A stretch of 64,000 nucleotides of DNA, taken from Lama glama (lineage: Eukaryota). The DNA lies in assembly GCA_028534125.1 (NCBI GenBank), contig CM052817.1:96908001-96972000 (forward strand). Reading direction: 5' to 3'. The notes beneath the pieces are model-generated. The model was not told the DNA's origin and searched no databases. It saw only the letters and a program-made list of their open reading frames with translations. The position numbers and the translations under genes are program-made. This document shows positions 25,621-38,850 of the stretch, piece by piece. Numbering within the stretch: position 1 is the stretch's first letter; the number at the start of each line of letters is the position of its first letter.

Positions 25621-26651
25621 GCACCCTAGAGCTGCTCACAGTCTCGTCCGTAACAGAAACGTCAGTTTTACTAGTCTTGTTTCTTGACCTCTCAGAAGAA
25701 CTTGCCTGGGGATTCTTTGAAAACTGGCTGGGAGTTGAATTCTTCCGAACCCCCTTAAACTTCACCCTTTCCGTGTGGTTTTTTGACCTCCTCCGACAGT
25801 CTCGTCCTGGATACCTTACTGTGCTAAACCAGAAAGTCCACCTGGCGTAGTGCTGCCTTCCGCACATTCCTCCCCTCCGCCTGTGCCGAGGAGGGTTCAA
25901 AGATTGGGGCTTGTGAGGGTGCGCAGACAGCCTGCCCCCTGGCCGGAGCGCCACTGCCTGCAATTAGGGAATTCCATCCTGGTAGCACTCGATCCTTCCT
26001 CCCTGGTTTCTCTATCTTTTGAACAACTAGGAAGTGGCCACAGGAGAAATATGGTGGATATGTATTTATTATCTGAGAAGAGGTTGTGTAGGAGGGAGGT
26101 GGCCTGAAATTCGCGCTGAAACAGAGTTGGTGATGCTGCCGGAAATGGGGGAGGCATTAGCTGTAGTGAGGAGCAGCGCAGGCTGACCACACCTGTAACC
26201 TCTAACCCGTTCTGAGGAGGCCTGTGAGTGCTCCATTTTCCCTCTGAAAAAAACCTGCTCCCCACCCCACACTCTCCATTTGGCATTAAGGAAGATGAGA
26301 ACATCCCGAACAAACTGTCTCAAGTACCCAGCAGCACAGCGCCTGTAACAGTAAATATTCATTGAATGAGTGAGTTGAAAGAAATACGTTCTCATGGGAA
26401 GAACTGAGTGAACCGTCTGAGTAATTTTGGAAGCAAGTCACTCCACTTCTCTGGCTGACGTCCAAGGTTCCTGTTGGTTCCGTGACCTCTTTGGTGTTGC
26501 AAAATGAGCATTGGGAATGGCTTTCTTTGGGACGTGTGACTAGGGGGCATGTTTGGTTGGTGGCTTTCCAGTGCCTTGGCATTGGGTTTGTGTGTGGAGA
26601 TGGGGGGGCTGTAAATACGTAGGAGTGAGCAGAGGAGGCCAAAAGGGCATG

Positions 26652-26678
26652 GTGTGTGTGTGTGTGTGTGTGTGTGTG
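26652..26678. repeat. (GT)n microsatellite
   Basis: About 13 uninterrupted GT units. Confidence 0.95.
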
Positions 26679-26720
26679 GTGAACATGGGAAGAGGATTCT
26701 TCCTTCTCTAACTTGGTCTT

Positions 26721-26835
26721 TTTTTGGGGGGGGGGTGATTAGGTTTATTTATTCTTAGAGGAGGGACTGGGCATTGAACCCACGGCCTCACTTATGCTAG
26801 GCATGTGCTCTAGCACTTGCGCTATGTCCTCTCCC
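26721..26835 (-). mobile_element. Camelid tRNA-derived SINE (Vic-1-like)
   Basis: tRNA-like head with 'aataaacctaatcacccccc' tail on the - strand; TSD ctctaacttggtctt (26706-26720) / ctctagcctggtctt (26836-26850). Confidence 0.85.
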
Positions 26836-29569
26836 CTCTAGCCTGGTCTTAACCAGTGTCTCTGGCTGGGGAAGTGCACCTTCTCTCTTACTGGCAGTAG
26901 CAGCTCCCTCTGGGATGAGGCACATGAGGAGAGAGGCAGATGGCAAAGCCAGTTTGGCCACTGGTGGAAAGCTATTTATGTGACTGCATGTGCACCCTTC
27001 TGCCAGCAGGACCCACGCCTCGTGTTCTAGTGGCAGCTAGTGCGTCTGGGGGGCCAGCCAGAAGCCTCTCTCTCCAGAATGTAGACTTTCTTGAATTTGT
27101 GAATTGGCGTCTTCCTCCTTTTGATTTTTGTTCTTTAACATCAGAAACATAATTTATGCTCATGTTTTAGAGAACATCCAAATAAAAAAATTTTTTTCTT
27201 GTGTTGTTTAACTTACATTCTTTCCCAGAAGAGGACAAAAACACAGTTGTAGCTCAATGGATATTTGGCAAGTTAGGAAGACCTGGCCCTAGCCCAGCTT
27301 TCTCAGTGAAATTTGCATCTAGCTCCTATCAAAGACTGACGGCGCTGGACTTAAGTCAGGACACCTGAGTTGAATTCGCCTTCATGATTAGGGCCTGGCC
27401 ATAGGACAGTTAGGCAGATTACTTAATTCTTTTCTGCTCAGTTTTTCTTGTCCTGCTTCTTAGAGGCATGAGTAAGATTCTTCAGTGTTTGGAGACGGCT
27501 TGATGAGGTCATTTGAAATTGCAGTCTAGGTCAATCATTGGCAGAACCACTTGAGCTTTTCTGTAACACCTGAGTCAAGAGGTGGAGGAAGGACCTGAAA
27601 TGGGGGGGAGGAGCTTCAGAAAGAGTTAACAATCACCTGGGTCAGACTGATTCTATTTTCAGATGTTTTACACTGTTTTGCAAAAATGGCATTTTGTGCA
27701 TTTTCAGAATTCCGTGCTTAAGTAATTTTCTGCTCTTAATTGCCTTGTAAGATGCTTCCTGCGCATGCTCAATACTTGTTGGGTTTATGGAATTTTGATG
27801 TCTTGATGCTTGGAATAATTTGCAAATATTTAAAGCAATTGGAAGCGGCTTCTGTAGGACCTGAAGGCTTACTGCAGAGTTCAGTTATGGAGTGACCAAA
27901 AAATAGTTAGCATCTACAATCTGTTAAATATTGGGATTGAGATGCAAAGAGTTAAGAAGGTAGAGGCCCTTGTCCTTGAGTGTATTGTCCTGTGGTTGAA
28001 CTCAATTCAATCTAGGAAACATGTTTGAACTCCTGAATGCCTTGTGCTCAGTTCTTGAAACAAAGGATACACTGACGCACATATTAAAAGGTTGAAGATT
28101 CAGTGACAGGTATTCTAACTTTGACGGAAACAAAAGTGTGTTGTAGGTTAGAGTAGAAGTTTGGGAACTCATTGGTGTTTTAAGGAAGGAGTAGAACCTT
28201 GTGAGATTGGAAACAGCTGAGAAGAAGTCAGAACTGGTGTCGGACAAGGATAAGGAGACCAGTTTGGCTGGAATGGAGATTTCATTTGGGGAGTAGAATG
28301 AGATCCAAGGAAAGGTCGTTTCAGATTAACGAGGCCACACAAGTGGGCTTAGAATGTGGGCTTTATTCTGCAGAGAATCACTGATTTTTTTTTTCAGCAG
28401 AAGCCTAACGAAATAGGAAAGAGAGGGTTTAGAGACAGCGTTCGGCATGTCTGTGTTGGGTGAGTTTGGAGATAGCAGTGAGGGTGGGGAGGGGCTGCCA
28501 AGAGGAGAGTCTGGGGTCATTGATTTATGGGGTGGATTTGGAGATCATTCACTCGGTTCAATGGAGTCCTTGTTCAAATAGCTTTTTGAGTCCTTTTTTC
28601 ACTCCTTTCCTAGAATAATCAGTGTCTTCTTTCAATACAGTTTAAGCTTTTGTAAGGCTTTCATGTGATGTCTGTGTAGTTTCAGATGCTTATGATTCAT
28701 AGAAATGTGTCGTATATTTACCAGAAACAGCAGTAAGCCATATAGGCTTTTCTCAGAAATTTTTACAACTAGGGAATTCTTGAGAGAATATATTTTGTTC
28801 CAGAGGAGAAAATAGATCTTTTAAAACAAATAATCCTTAGAATTCTTAAGGACTTACATAGCTCTATAGAATGCTCTTGAGTAAATTTAGATTGTGCGTG
28901 TACGTGTGCATACTGGAGGGGCCCTCATAAGTGAGCTGCTCTTATCACAGGCATGGAGAAAGAGGATAGTGGCAGCCAAGACTAGAATTTGAGTCTCCTA
29001 AGCCTTGATTTTGGTACGTCTTTTAGGCCTTGCTAGATTAATGATTTTTGTTTTGTTTTCCTCGGGACAACATAATTTTTGTTCCGTTTTCCTTGGGACA
29101 ACATAAAAGTTCCCTTTTGCTGTCTTTGTGTTTATTGTTTCAGAGAAATGGTTCCTGTGGTAATTCCTTTTGGGGAAATTTCTCAGGTTGCTATTGCATG
29201 GAAACGTGGGGATTTGGAAGACTTAAAAGAATTTCACTTTGTCAGCTTGAGACCTGACCTCCTTGCTTGTAAAATGCGACTGTTGCATATAGCCTTGAGG
29301 GCTGAATTGAATAACACATGTGAAAGTGTTTTGAAAATATAAATGTAAAGTGTCTGTGTAGACTCTATTGTTTGCCCAACTGACATTCTTTTTTCTGTGA
29401 CAAGCCAAATTTTGTTCAGGTGTCTTTTCCCTTTCTCACGTGACTCATGGAAAGGTGATTAGGGGTAATTCTGATTAGTCTCACTCAGTGGTTCTCAATC
29501 CTAATCCTAGCTGACCATTAGAATCACTTGGAGCTTTAAAAACGTGCAGTCAGGGTTGAGTCTAAGCAC

Positions 29570-29945
29570 TCAGTGCAATAGACCTATTTTCTGGGCTGGT
29601 AATCGAATGAATGAGGATGCATTCACTTCTGACCAGTGAGACACTATAGGGTGTCTGCTTGGGACTTTGGAAAAGGTTTCCTTGTGTGTGAGAGGAGACT
29701 CATAAAAAGGGTTTTTGATTCTTCGGTGATGTCTGGTTGTGTTGCCTGGAGCTGTTCCTGCCATCTTGGGATGGTGAGTGGAGCCAAGGTAATTGTAAGG
29801 ACCATTGAAGCAGAGAGGTACCTGAATCTGGGTTTTTGATGCCATTGTGGGAGCCATGGATTGTTCTATGCCTGAAGCCCACGTCTGGATATCTTGCTAA
29901 ATGACATGAGTCAGTTTGAGTGGGATTTTCTGCTACTTAACACCT
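29570..29945. mobile_element. ERVL LTR33/LTR16-like fragment, preceded by a short MER5-like piece (~29486-29565)
   Basis: 'cacttctgaccagtgagacac...tgcctggagctgttcctgccatcttggga...cctgaatctgggtttttgatgccattgtgg'. Confidence 0.55.
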
Positions 29946-30559
29946 TAATTTTGATGGAGTGGTATCATTGCAAATTTTGTGCTGATGCGTCTATCAAGTG
30001 GAATTCAGAGGCATAGAGGTAAAATGCTATTTAAAAAGTTAATAAACTACAAATATAATTTCTCCCTGAATGGAAAAGAATAGTCATCTATATTCTTTGC
30101 TTCAAAGAAATTACTGTGGACCACCTACAATTCAGAGCATTACCTGGGGTACTCTTACTTGGGGTTTTGCTAGTGGGCTGATTTCTAGTGTGAATGCAGA
30201 CTTGCTGGAAAAGGAATTACTATCAGACTTGAGCTGGGATGTGCACCCAGATAGTGTTTAAAGGCTTTACTCACTACAGCTGGTCCTGGTCTCCATTTAG
30301 AGTAGTTCCTATTTCGGGCTCCACCAACCAGCCATGTTTGTGTAGAATGTTTGACAGGTCAGTGAGTCATCGGATGGTCTGAGTCCTCCTGATATGCTGT
30401 CATTCCCTGCCCTTCCATCTACTGGGGTTCCTTGACCACTTCCTTTTTACTCTGTTTTCTTGGAGGGTGGAGAACCAGGGAGCATTGTTGACTTCTGGAA
30501 GAGGGAGAAAATGGGAGGAGAGTATTTTTGTGTTTTAATCTTTAAAATAGCTGATGAGA

Positions 30560-30790
30560 CAGTCTGGTATAAAAGATTAAGAGCATCTCTAGGGTGCTGG
30601 TCCATCTGGGACCACATCTTAGCTCAGCCACTCGTTCTCCGTGGAACCGAGGTCACGTTGCTTGGCTTTTCTGTATCTGTGTTGTCATCCATACAATGGA
30701 GGTGGTATATTATCTACCGTATGGGGTTGCTAGTTGGGTTAAATAAATGAGTTAATACATGTAAAGCATTTAGAATGAGCACTCAAATGT
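30560..30790 (+). mobile_element. MIR SINE
   Basis: 'ggggttgctagttgggttaaataaatgagttaatacatgtaaagcatttagaa'. Confidence 0.6.
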
Positions 30791-32019
30791 TAACATTTAG
30801 GATATATTGTATAAATTGCAGGTGTATGTTTTAACACGGAAGTCCTTTTCTTGCCTGAAAAATGACTGCTCTGGCCCAGAGACTAACGTCCAACCTTTTA
30901 GTGGTTAGTAACCCTAACAGTATATTTGTCCAGATCATCTGTGGGCAAGGCAAGCTCTGATAAGGCTTTCAAAGTGTGAATGTAGCTCAGGATGCTGAAG
31001 AATCTGGCAAGTAAGTTGATGAATCAAAGCTGAGTGGTATCTTGGGAAAATATTTTCCAGAATTTGTTTCTGACTCACAAATATCTGAAGACAGTGTGGA
31101 AGATGTCACACAGGCTGTTGTAGATCTAGCCCAGCCGGCAGCAGCTGGGGCTCAGGCCTCCAGGAGCAGGCCTCTCATCCTGGGGTCTGAGATAAGGAGG
31201 AGCTGAAGAGGGCGGGGAGAGCTCTGCTCAGGGAATTGGGATGACGTCATCAGTGGCTGGAGCCTGCAGATACTTAAACGTTGCACTGATGCTTTTAGAA
31301 GGTGTTAACTTTAGTGTTTAACGTGCAGGAAACCCCAACAACTTGGTGGACTGTGCTTGTGTTTGCTATGGGAAATTCACCACGTGAAGGAGAAGGCGGC
31401 CAGGACACCTCTGAAAGGGAGGGTCCTGAGAGTTGTTATGTAATCCTGTTTTCTGCATGAGAATACTCAGAGTCCCCTGGACAAATTCCCAAAGAGGCTG
31501 TTTTGAATTCTGTGACTCCAGTAGCTATCGATCACCTCATGACTTTTTTTTTTTTTTTTTGGTGGGGGTCAAGAATTACGAAGGAGATAAAAATATTGTG
31601 TGGTTTGCTAGGTTACCATAAACCATGCTTAAGTGATTGCTGGCTGTATGTGGCAGTGAATAGGTAAAGTGTTTACATTTGACCATGGTAATAACATGCG
31701 GTGTCTCTTGTCCCTTTTTAAAGGTTTAGAAACATAGCTATGAACGGGTTGCTGTATAGGACTCAGTGTTGTCTTGCATTGCCTTTGATTTTCTACATCC
31801 ACTTAATGAAAACTTGCCTAGTCAGGTTGGCTCTATTTCAGGATTTGTAGCAGAGTGTTTGGAAATTTATTGATTCTAATTCTGATTAAGGGTGTCTTGG
31901 ATGTTTTAGTAGGTCCTTTTCACAGAGTTACATTTCAGAGACAAATGGGCAGTTACAAACCACAACTGAAAAATGTTTCATGTTGTTCAAAATGTATGTA
32001 ATTTAAATAATTTTAATCA

Positions 32020-32250
32020 TAGTAGCTAACTTTTATTAGGCATTTGCTATTTGCTTTACTTTGTGGTAAATTCTGTTGTTTAATGTGAGGACTTCTCAAC
32101 GAGGTATGTTACCATTTACTCCATGTTACAGATTAGTAAACTGAATTTGGAGAGGTTCAGAGCTTGTCCAGAGCACACCATTTGTCAGTGGTGAAGCTGG
32201 AATGTGAACCCACATTTATCTGTCTGACTCCAAAGCCCTTAACCACGATA
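32020..32250 (-). mobile_element. MIR SINE
   Basis: 'ccatgttacagattagtaaactgaatttggagaggttcagagcttgtccag...tgtctgactccaaagcc'. Confidence 0.65.
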
Positions 32251-34788
32251 GTGAGCTGTATCCGCAAAGGGGTGTGACTGCCGTCTTCTGTTACGGGACG
32301 TTATTACGACAAATCCCGATTACCTGGAAAGTGTGTCCGTTTCATGGTCTAGTTAGGAGACGATGCTTGTCAGCTCCGCCAAGGACCATGGTTTTAAATT
32401 TAAGGCCGCCTGGGATGGTTACTGTAAATAAAACTGATTGTCAATTTTTGGAATAAGTGTAGATATTCAGAGGATGGGTTGATTTAGGATCAAAAATGAG
32501 CTGCACACATCCACTCAGAGTATCACGTCCTTGTCCTCCGTCTCTGTCTTAGTGAAGTGTCTCCTCTTCTCTCCCCATTAGTGTCTTTTTTCTTGTCCTT
32601 CCTCATGCCACCTTTGAGTAAATTTTAATTTTGCTCTCATATTTAAGTATTTAGGCTCTTTCCCTTTACAAAAATTTTGAGATATTTTAGAAATCTAAAA
32701 TGATACAAAGAATCTCACAATAAACATCTCTTTATTTGCTGCTCAGCTTGGAGATAAAAGCTGCCTGTCTGCCTCTTCCCAGTAGCACCTGTCCCGGTAG
32801 AGAACCCGTTCTTCTCCCTACAAGGTAGCAATTATCTCAAATCTGGTGCATATTATTCCCAGATATTTTAATACATCTGTACACATTCCTGAGTAATAGC
32901 TAGTATGTTTTGCATGTTTTTAGACTTCATATAATGAGTTCATACTGTATGTGTTCTTCTGTAACTTCTTTTTTTTACCCCCTCAACATCACATTTGTGA
33001 GATTTATCCATGTGGATACAGGTGGCTTTATTTCATTTAGTTTGACCTCTTTTTCCTACAAGTGGCATTTTAAAAGACTTGGTCAATTGCTGTTATGTAG
33101 ATGTTACGTAAATAACAGATGTTTTACTATATACCTCATACCTCGGCATAGTTTTGATCACAAAATAGTACATTCAGAGAATTTATTCAGTATGAAAGCC
33201 TTGTTGTAATTAACTTGATAAACTTTAACACACTAGCTTTGACAACAATCTAGTTAAGGAATTCATGAATTCTGAAGACATTTAGTAAAATTTCTTTTTG
33301 ATATTTTATGTTAACCAGCATAGCATGGATAATCAGGGCAAACCAGTTTAAATTTCAGGATTGGAAAAAATAACTGGTCTGAGTCACAAACAAAAGTCTT
33401 TAAGAGCCATTTTGCCTCATTGAAATTAGATGTCCAGTATTGGCATGTAGGGTAAAAAAAGATCATATTCAGAAACACAGTGCACATTAAGGACTCTGGA
33501 AACTGTCAGTCTAGTTAGGTCAGATGGATGTGATTTTTAAGCAGAGATTGGTTGGTATTTTGTGACAGGCCTCTATACAAACAGGAACCACAGCCTATTT
33601 ATTTAATTATCCTAATATAGGAGCATAATTTATAGACTTGCCAAAGGATGCCTTTGTAATGAGAAAGCCTCGACATCCTTCTCTTGACACAGACAAACAT
33701 GTGCACTGAGAAAACCCCTGACGCTTTACATTCTAAGGGCAGGCATCTCCCTGAGCCCCAGGATGGACTGGGATCACAGCCCTGCTGCTGCGGCTGCAGT
33801 CCTGGCTCCCTGGTCAAACTCGAATTTCCTCCTCGCGCTTCCCGAGGAGGGTGTTCGTCCTGTGCCACTTGATGCTTCAGTGGGGAGTGTGACTTCTCCT
33901 TCCTCACTGCCCAGCTCACCCCCTGGCACTGTCTGCCCTTGGGCGCCGAGGTCCCTCACCCTCATGGTGAGGCGTGCGGCTGGGGGACTTCAGTTGGGCT
34001 GGAGCGGTGTCACCTCAGGTCTGAATGCTAGATATGTTTAAGACTGTCTTAAAAGCATGCATACACTTTTTGTTTTTAATCTCTGCCTATAAAGTTACAC
34101 CCACCACTTACTCGGTGACCTTTGGGCAAATGACTGAAATCCTCTGTGGCTAACTTTGTTTCTTTGTTAGTAAAATGGAAATACTACCAACTCTCCCTCA
34201 AGGGGTGGTGGTGCTTAATCCTCAAGTTACATGTTCAAAGATCTTAGAACTCTGCCTGGCCCGTGGTAGGTACTGGCATCATCTCCATCACCACCACCAT
34301 CATCATCATCGTTGCTGAAAAAGCACCATCCTGACTTCCTTTGGTTGAACTTGAGCACAGTGGCTTTACCTATAGTGACAGTAGAAGTGGTCGGTGAACA
34401 CATGTTCTTTTCTCTGTTTGAGGCTAACCATATTTTGAAGCACAGGGCCGAATATAAGCCTCTCATTTATTAAATAGGAGAAGCCATCTGTCTCCATGTG
34501 TTGAAATCCAGCACATTACCCGAGACCTTTGCTTGAAAGTTTTGGAAACAAAGCCGAAAAAGTGCAAGGGAGTGGAATGTGGTTGACGTGTTATTACTCG
34601 TACTGGAGAATCTGGCAGCTGGTACCTCTGTCACTCTGACACATAGTTTTGTTTTTCTTTGGTGAAATGCAGGTCAAAGGCAGCATAGCAAAAATATTAA
34701 AGATCATGGTCTTTGAAGTCAAATCTACTTACTGTGTGACCTTGGGCAGCTCACTTATTTGTGTCTGTAAAATGTGGATAGTAATTTT

Positions 34789-35080
34789 TTTAAATATCTT
34801 TTTTTAAAAACACCTTTATTATGTCATAATTCCTGTACAGTAAACTACACATTTCAGATGTGCAATTTGACTTTTGATAGATGTATATACATCAGTGAAA
34901 CCGTCACCATAATCAAGATAACTAACATTTCCATCACTCCCCAAGAGGTGCAAATTTTGAATTCCCAATTTATCCCTTCCCATCCCCTTTGCACCCTGGT
35001 AACCATTGGTTTGTTCTCTGTGTCTGTGAGTCTGTTTCTGTTTTGTAGATTAGTTCTTTTGTGTCCTTTTTTTTAAAGAT
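34789..35080 (-). mobile_element. Composite L1 insertion (young L1 3'UTR piece + old L1M 3' end) within a MIR
   Basis: TSD tgtggatagtaatttt (34773-34788) / tgtggatagtaacttt (35081-35096); junction at ~34946. Confidence 0.7.
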
Positions 35081-35322
35081 TGTGGATAGTAACTTTATCT
35101 CCATGAATGTTGCTAGGATTAAATGAGTTGGTTATTCGTAAAGCACTTAAAAAATGAACTGGATTTCTGTACAGAACTTAGAGTTCTAATGGGATAGACA
35201 GAAGATTCATTAAGCAATATCATTCACACTGTTGAATGAGAGTGGAGAATGGAATGCTATGGCCGTTGTTAACAGGACTAACTAGGGGGCTAAAGAAGAC
35301 TTCAAGAAGTTGGTAACCTCTA

Positions 35323-35948
35323 CAATGATATAGCAATCCTCCTCCTGGGCATGTAACTGGAGAAAACTCTAATTCAAAAAGATAGTGCTGCTCTGAACAC
35401 TGGGATGCATCTATTTACAATCGCCAAGACATGGAAACAACCTAAATGTCCATTGATAGGTGACTGGATAAAGAAGATGTGCTGATTTGTGCACACACAC
35501 AATGGAATATTACTCAGCCATAAAAAAGAATGAAATCATGTCATTTGCAACAACATGGATGGACCTAGAGATTATCATACCAAGTGAAGTAAATCAGACA
35601 GATAAAGACAAACATCATATGCTATCACTTTACATGTGGAATCTAAAAGAATGAGACAAATGAACTTTCAAAACAAATAGACTCACAATCATAGAAAGCA
35701 AACTTATGGTTACCAAGGGGAAAGGGGGAAGAGGGATAAGTTAGGAGTTTGGGATTTACAGATACTAACTGCTGTATATACAATAAACAGCAAGGTCCTA
35801 CTGTATAGTACAGGGAATTATATTCAATAGCTTGTAATAACTTATACATTTTTTTCAAATTGTTTTTCACTATAACTGAATCACTATGGTGTACACCAGA
35901 AACTAACACAACATTGTCAATGAACTATACTTCATTAAGAAAAAAAAA
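35323..35948 (+). mobile_element. 5'-truncated L1, sense orientation, inserted in an L2
   Basis: L1 ORF2 end/3'UTR with A-tail; TSD aagaagttggtaacctcta (35304-35322) / aagaaattgataacttcta (35949-35967). Confidence 0.92.
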
Positions 35949-35967
35949 AAGAAATTGATAACTTCTA

Positions 35968-37330
35968 AGCTGAGACCAGAAGAAAGGCTAGGAGCTTTCC
36001 ACGCTGAGAGTGGGACAGGAGGATGCTCTGAGTTCGGTGAAATGCATGCGGGAGGCCTGGAGGCCAGAGATAGCATGTGTGCGGCTGCAGAACCAGTGCA
36101 GGTGCACTGGGGCAGGGGGCTTGTATGGAGCGGGAAGAGTGGGGCTACAGAGGAGGCAGGGCAGGGTTGGGAAGGGCCTGCTGAAGTGCGTCGAGGGCTT
36201 CAGACTTCATTCTGAGGACCACGGGGAGGTGATGGAGACATTTTGAGCAGGGATCAGCAGCACCTGAATTGTTTTAGAAGGGTTGCCCAGGCTGCGGCTG
36301 GGAGGATGGATTTGAGGACAGCAGCACTGGAGCTTGGGCACTCACTCACCCAGGCCAGAGGCTGTGGTGGCCGGAGAGGCAGTGTCTCAAGGAGTGGCAA
36401 TTTAGAGGCTGTAGGCTTTGGTGGGTGCTTGGGAAGGAGGCACCCGAGATGATTCCTCAGTTCCTGGCCTGGGCAGGGGGTGCTGGTCCCTGAGGTAGTC
36501 CAGCCAGGGGGATGGGCTTTGTGGAAGCGAGGGTGTTTTTGGTTTGGATGTGTGGAGACCGAGGTGCTTCTGGGCGTCCAGTGGACACTCAGGGGCTTGT
36601 TTCTTTCATGAGTGTGTATTTCAGGAACAGAGATTAGAGCTGAAGATTCTGGAGACACAGCACAGAGGCAGGAAATGACCTCGGCCATGGAATAGAATGT
36701 AGCGAAGGAGACCGGTGGCTCAGGGCGGGTCCTGAGGAACACAGCTTTTAAGGGGTGGGTAGAGGAAGAGGTTGAGAAGGAGATTGGGGAGCAGTAGCCA
36801 TTGGGTGGGAGGGAGAAGGAGGGGAAACCTAGAGGGGGTTGCACAAGTCAAGGGCAAAGGTGGTTTTGGAAGGTAGGAGGGGAGTGGAGAGGAGAGGTCA
36901 TGCTACAGAGAGGTCAAGTCCCAGGAGTCCAGGTGACATGGAATTAGCAAGACAGAGTCATTGGTAATAACCGAGAGATGGGTTTGTGGCGTGGCTGGGA
37001 TGAGAGCCTGATGGCACAGGGTTCAGAAGAAGGAAAACAAGTGAGCCTGTGGTCCAGGGAGCTCCCCCAAAATATGGGTTAAGGGGTGAGATCTGAACAT
37101 GCCAATGAATGTGTCCAGAGAGGAGGAGAGGGAGATTCAGGGAATAATCCCCCATGCAGGGGGCTTCTGAATAGCATGGAAGATAGTATTCAGATTCCAG
37201 GTAAAGGAGGGGGACACATCTACTTTGGTAACAGAGGGGTGGAAATGATGCACACATAGCTGGGTAGATTTGTAGATTTGTGTCAGGATGTTGAGGAAGT
37301 TATGAACTGATGGATGTATTTGCTACTGTA
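35968..37330 (-). mobile_element. L2 LINE (diverged, G-rich on +)
   Basis: Antisense L2 features, e.g. 'ttttgagcagggatcagcagcacctgaattgttttagaagggttgcccaggctgc' and 'cctgaggaacacagctttta'. Confidence 0.6.
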
Positions 37331-38169
37331 AGGTAGAGGGCAAGATGGTTTTCAGTAATGAATTCTTTTAATTTCTCCCCCATCACATTCTTTTTTCTGG
37401 GTAATAATGTATGACTTGTAATAATTTTTCCTCATAGTCTGAGCTGGATGGCATGGAATATAGATGTTCAACTGAGAAGGGATAATAGGAGGCAGGTGGG
37501 GAGAAAAAGTAGCAATAACATATCTGGAAGAACAATCCTCAAGACACCAAGAAATTCCTGTCTTTCAGAGTTTATTCCTCTGGTGCTTAGGATTGAGTGC
37601 ATTATTCAGACACTCTTCAATATTGGTTTTTTAAAAAAGAATTAGATGAAAACACCTTTTTCTTTTTCCCAGAGGGATGCTGCTGATTTTCTTGTCTGAT
37701 CTCAGTGAAGTCGTGCTGGTTCTCTTTGGATGTCTGCACAGAAGACGTTTCCCTTGGTGACATCCGGGAAGAGATCCTAGGGCTTGGGGTTTGGAATAGA
37801 GCCTGGGAGAGTTACAAGTGTAGTCAGTATCAGTGATCTAAAAATATCTTTTCTTCCTCCATTCTAGCTAACTGCTTGGGTTCTAACTAGTTTGAGAAAC
37901 AGTTCCTAGAAAAATAGGATGACTGTCAGTCTTCTAGTGCAGTGGGGTGCAGACAGCCCCCCTCTTCTCTGGCTCCCGTGCACTGACTACAGGCCCCGGG
38001 TGCCTTCAGGGATGGGAAGTGTGGAGACAAGCAGGTTCTTCAGCGGGAGGGATTCTAGGACTCAGCGAAGAAGTTCATTGCTTGTGTCCCAGAGCTAGAG
38101 TTCTTGGTTGGTTTTTGTGAAAAGCGTAGGCTTTTTTTTTTTTTTTTGCCTTGACAGTTCACATTTTTG

Positions 38170-38850
38170 GCATAAGACATCCTGTGTAACCTCATTCATT
38201 TTCCTCTGTTGCAAATGAGAGAAACCCAACTAAAACCAGTTGAAGCAAAAAAGAGACTTTTTGGCCCATGTGAGTGAAGTCTCAGGAGTGGAGTTCCTTT
38301 AGGAACACCTGAATCCAAGGGTTTGAGCGATGGCGTCAGGTCTCTTTTTGCATCGCTAGCATTTCCCGCAGTTGGCTTGACCCTCAGGTGGGCACGTTTT
38401 GCACGGTGGTGATAGCTTAAGGCTTACTGACATCTTTCTCATCACCCTGGGAATTCGAGAGAACAGCGACTCCTTTTCCCTAGAGCAGTGGTTCTCAAAC
38501 AGATGACTATGGCACCGCAGAGTTGTTTTTGGTTGTCATAGTTGGAAGGTGCTGCTGACATCTAGTGGGTAGAGGCCGATGATGCTGTGCTGCCAAACCC
38601 CTTGCAGTGCCCGGGACCAGCCCCTGCACAGCAGAGAACCAGCCAGCTCGAAGCTCACTGTGCGGAGGTTGAGAAACCCTGCCTCTGAGATAGAGAGACC
38701 ATGCAGTCTATGTTGGAATACTTTTGAGAGTAAAATTCTGCCGGGGACAATAGGCATGAAGTGGTATTGTCCTGAGTGATCTGGACACGTGGTTTTCCTC
38801 CTCCAAGGCCCTGTCGGTCCTGGTCACTTGTCCAGCCTGGACCCATCACT
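38170..38850. mobile_element. MLT1K-like MaLR LTR interrupted by MER20 (38486-38681)
   Basis: 'ctctgttgcaaatgagagaaacccaactaaaaccagttgaagcaaaaaag' (MLT1K-like); MER20 with termini cagtggttctcaa...ttgagaaaccctg. Confidence 0.7.

Noticed and set aside
24723..25629. Long 204-aa and 209-aa ORFs and antisense ORFs across the CpG island
   Set aside because: Stop-codon depletion in GC-rich DNA; only 25180-25333 matches a known protein, and it ends at a canonical donor.
36254..36844. 196-aa ORF on the - strand
   Set aside because: Lies in a diverged L2 and has low-complexity P/S-rich composition.
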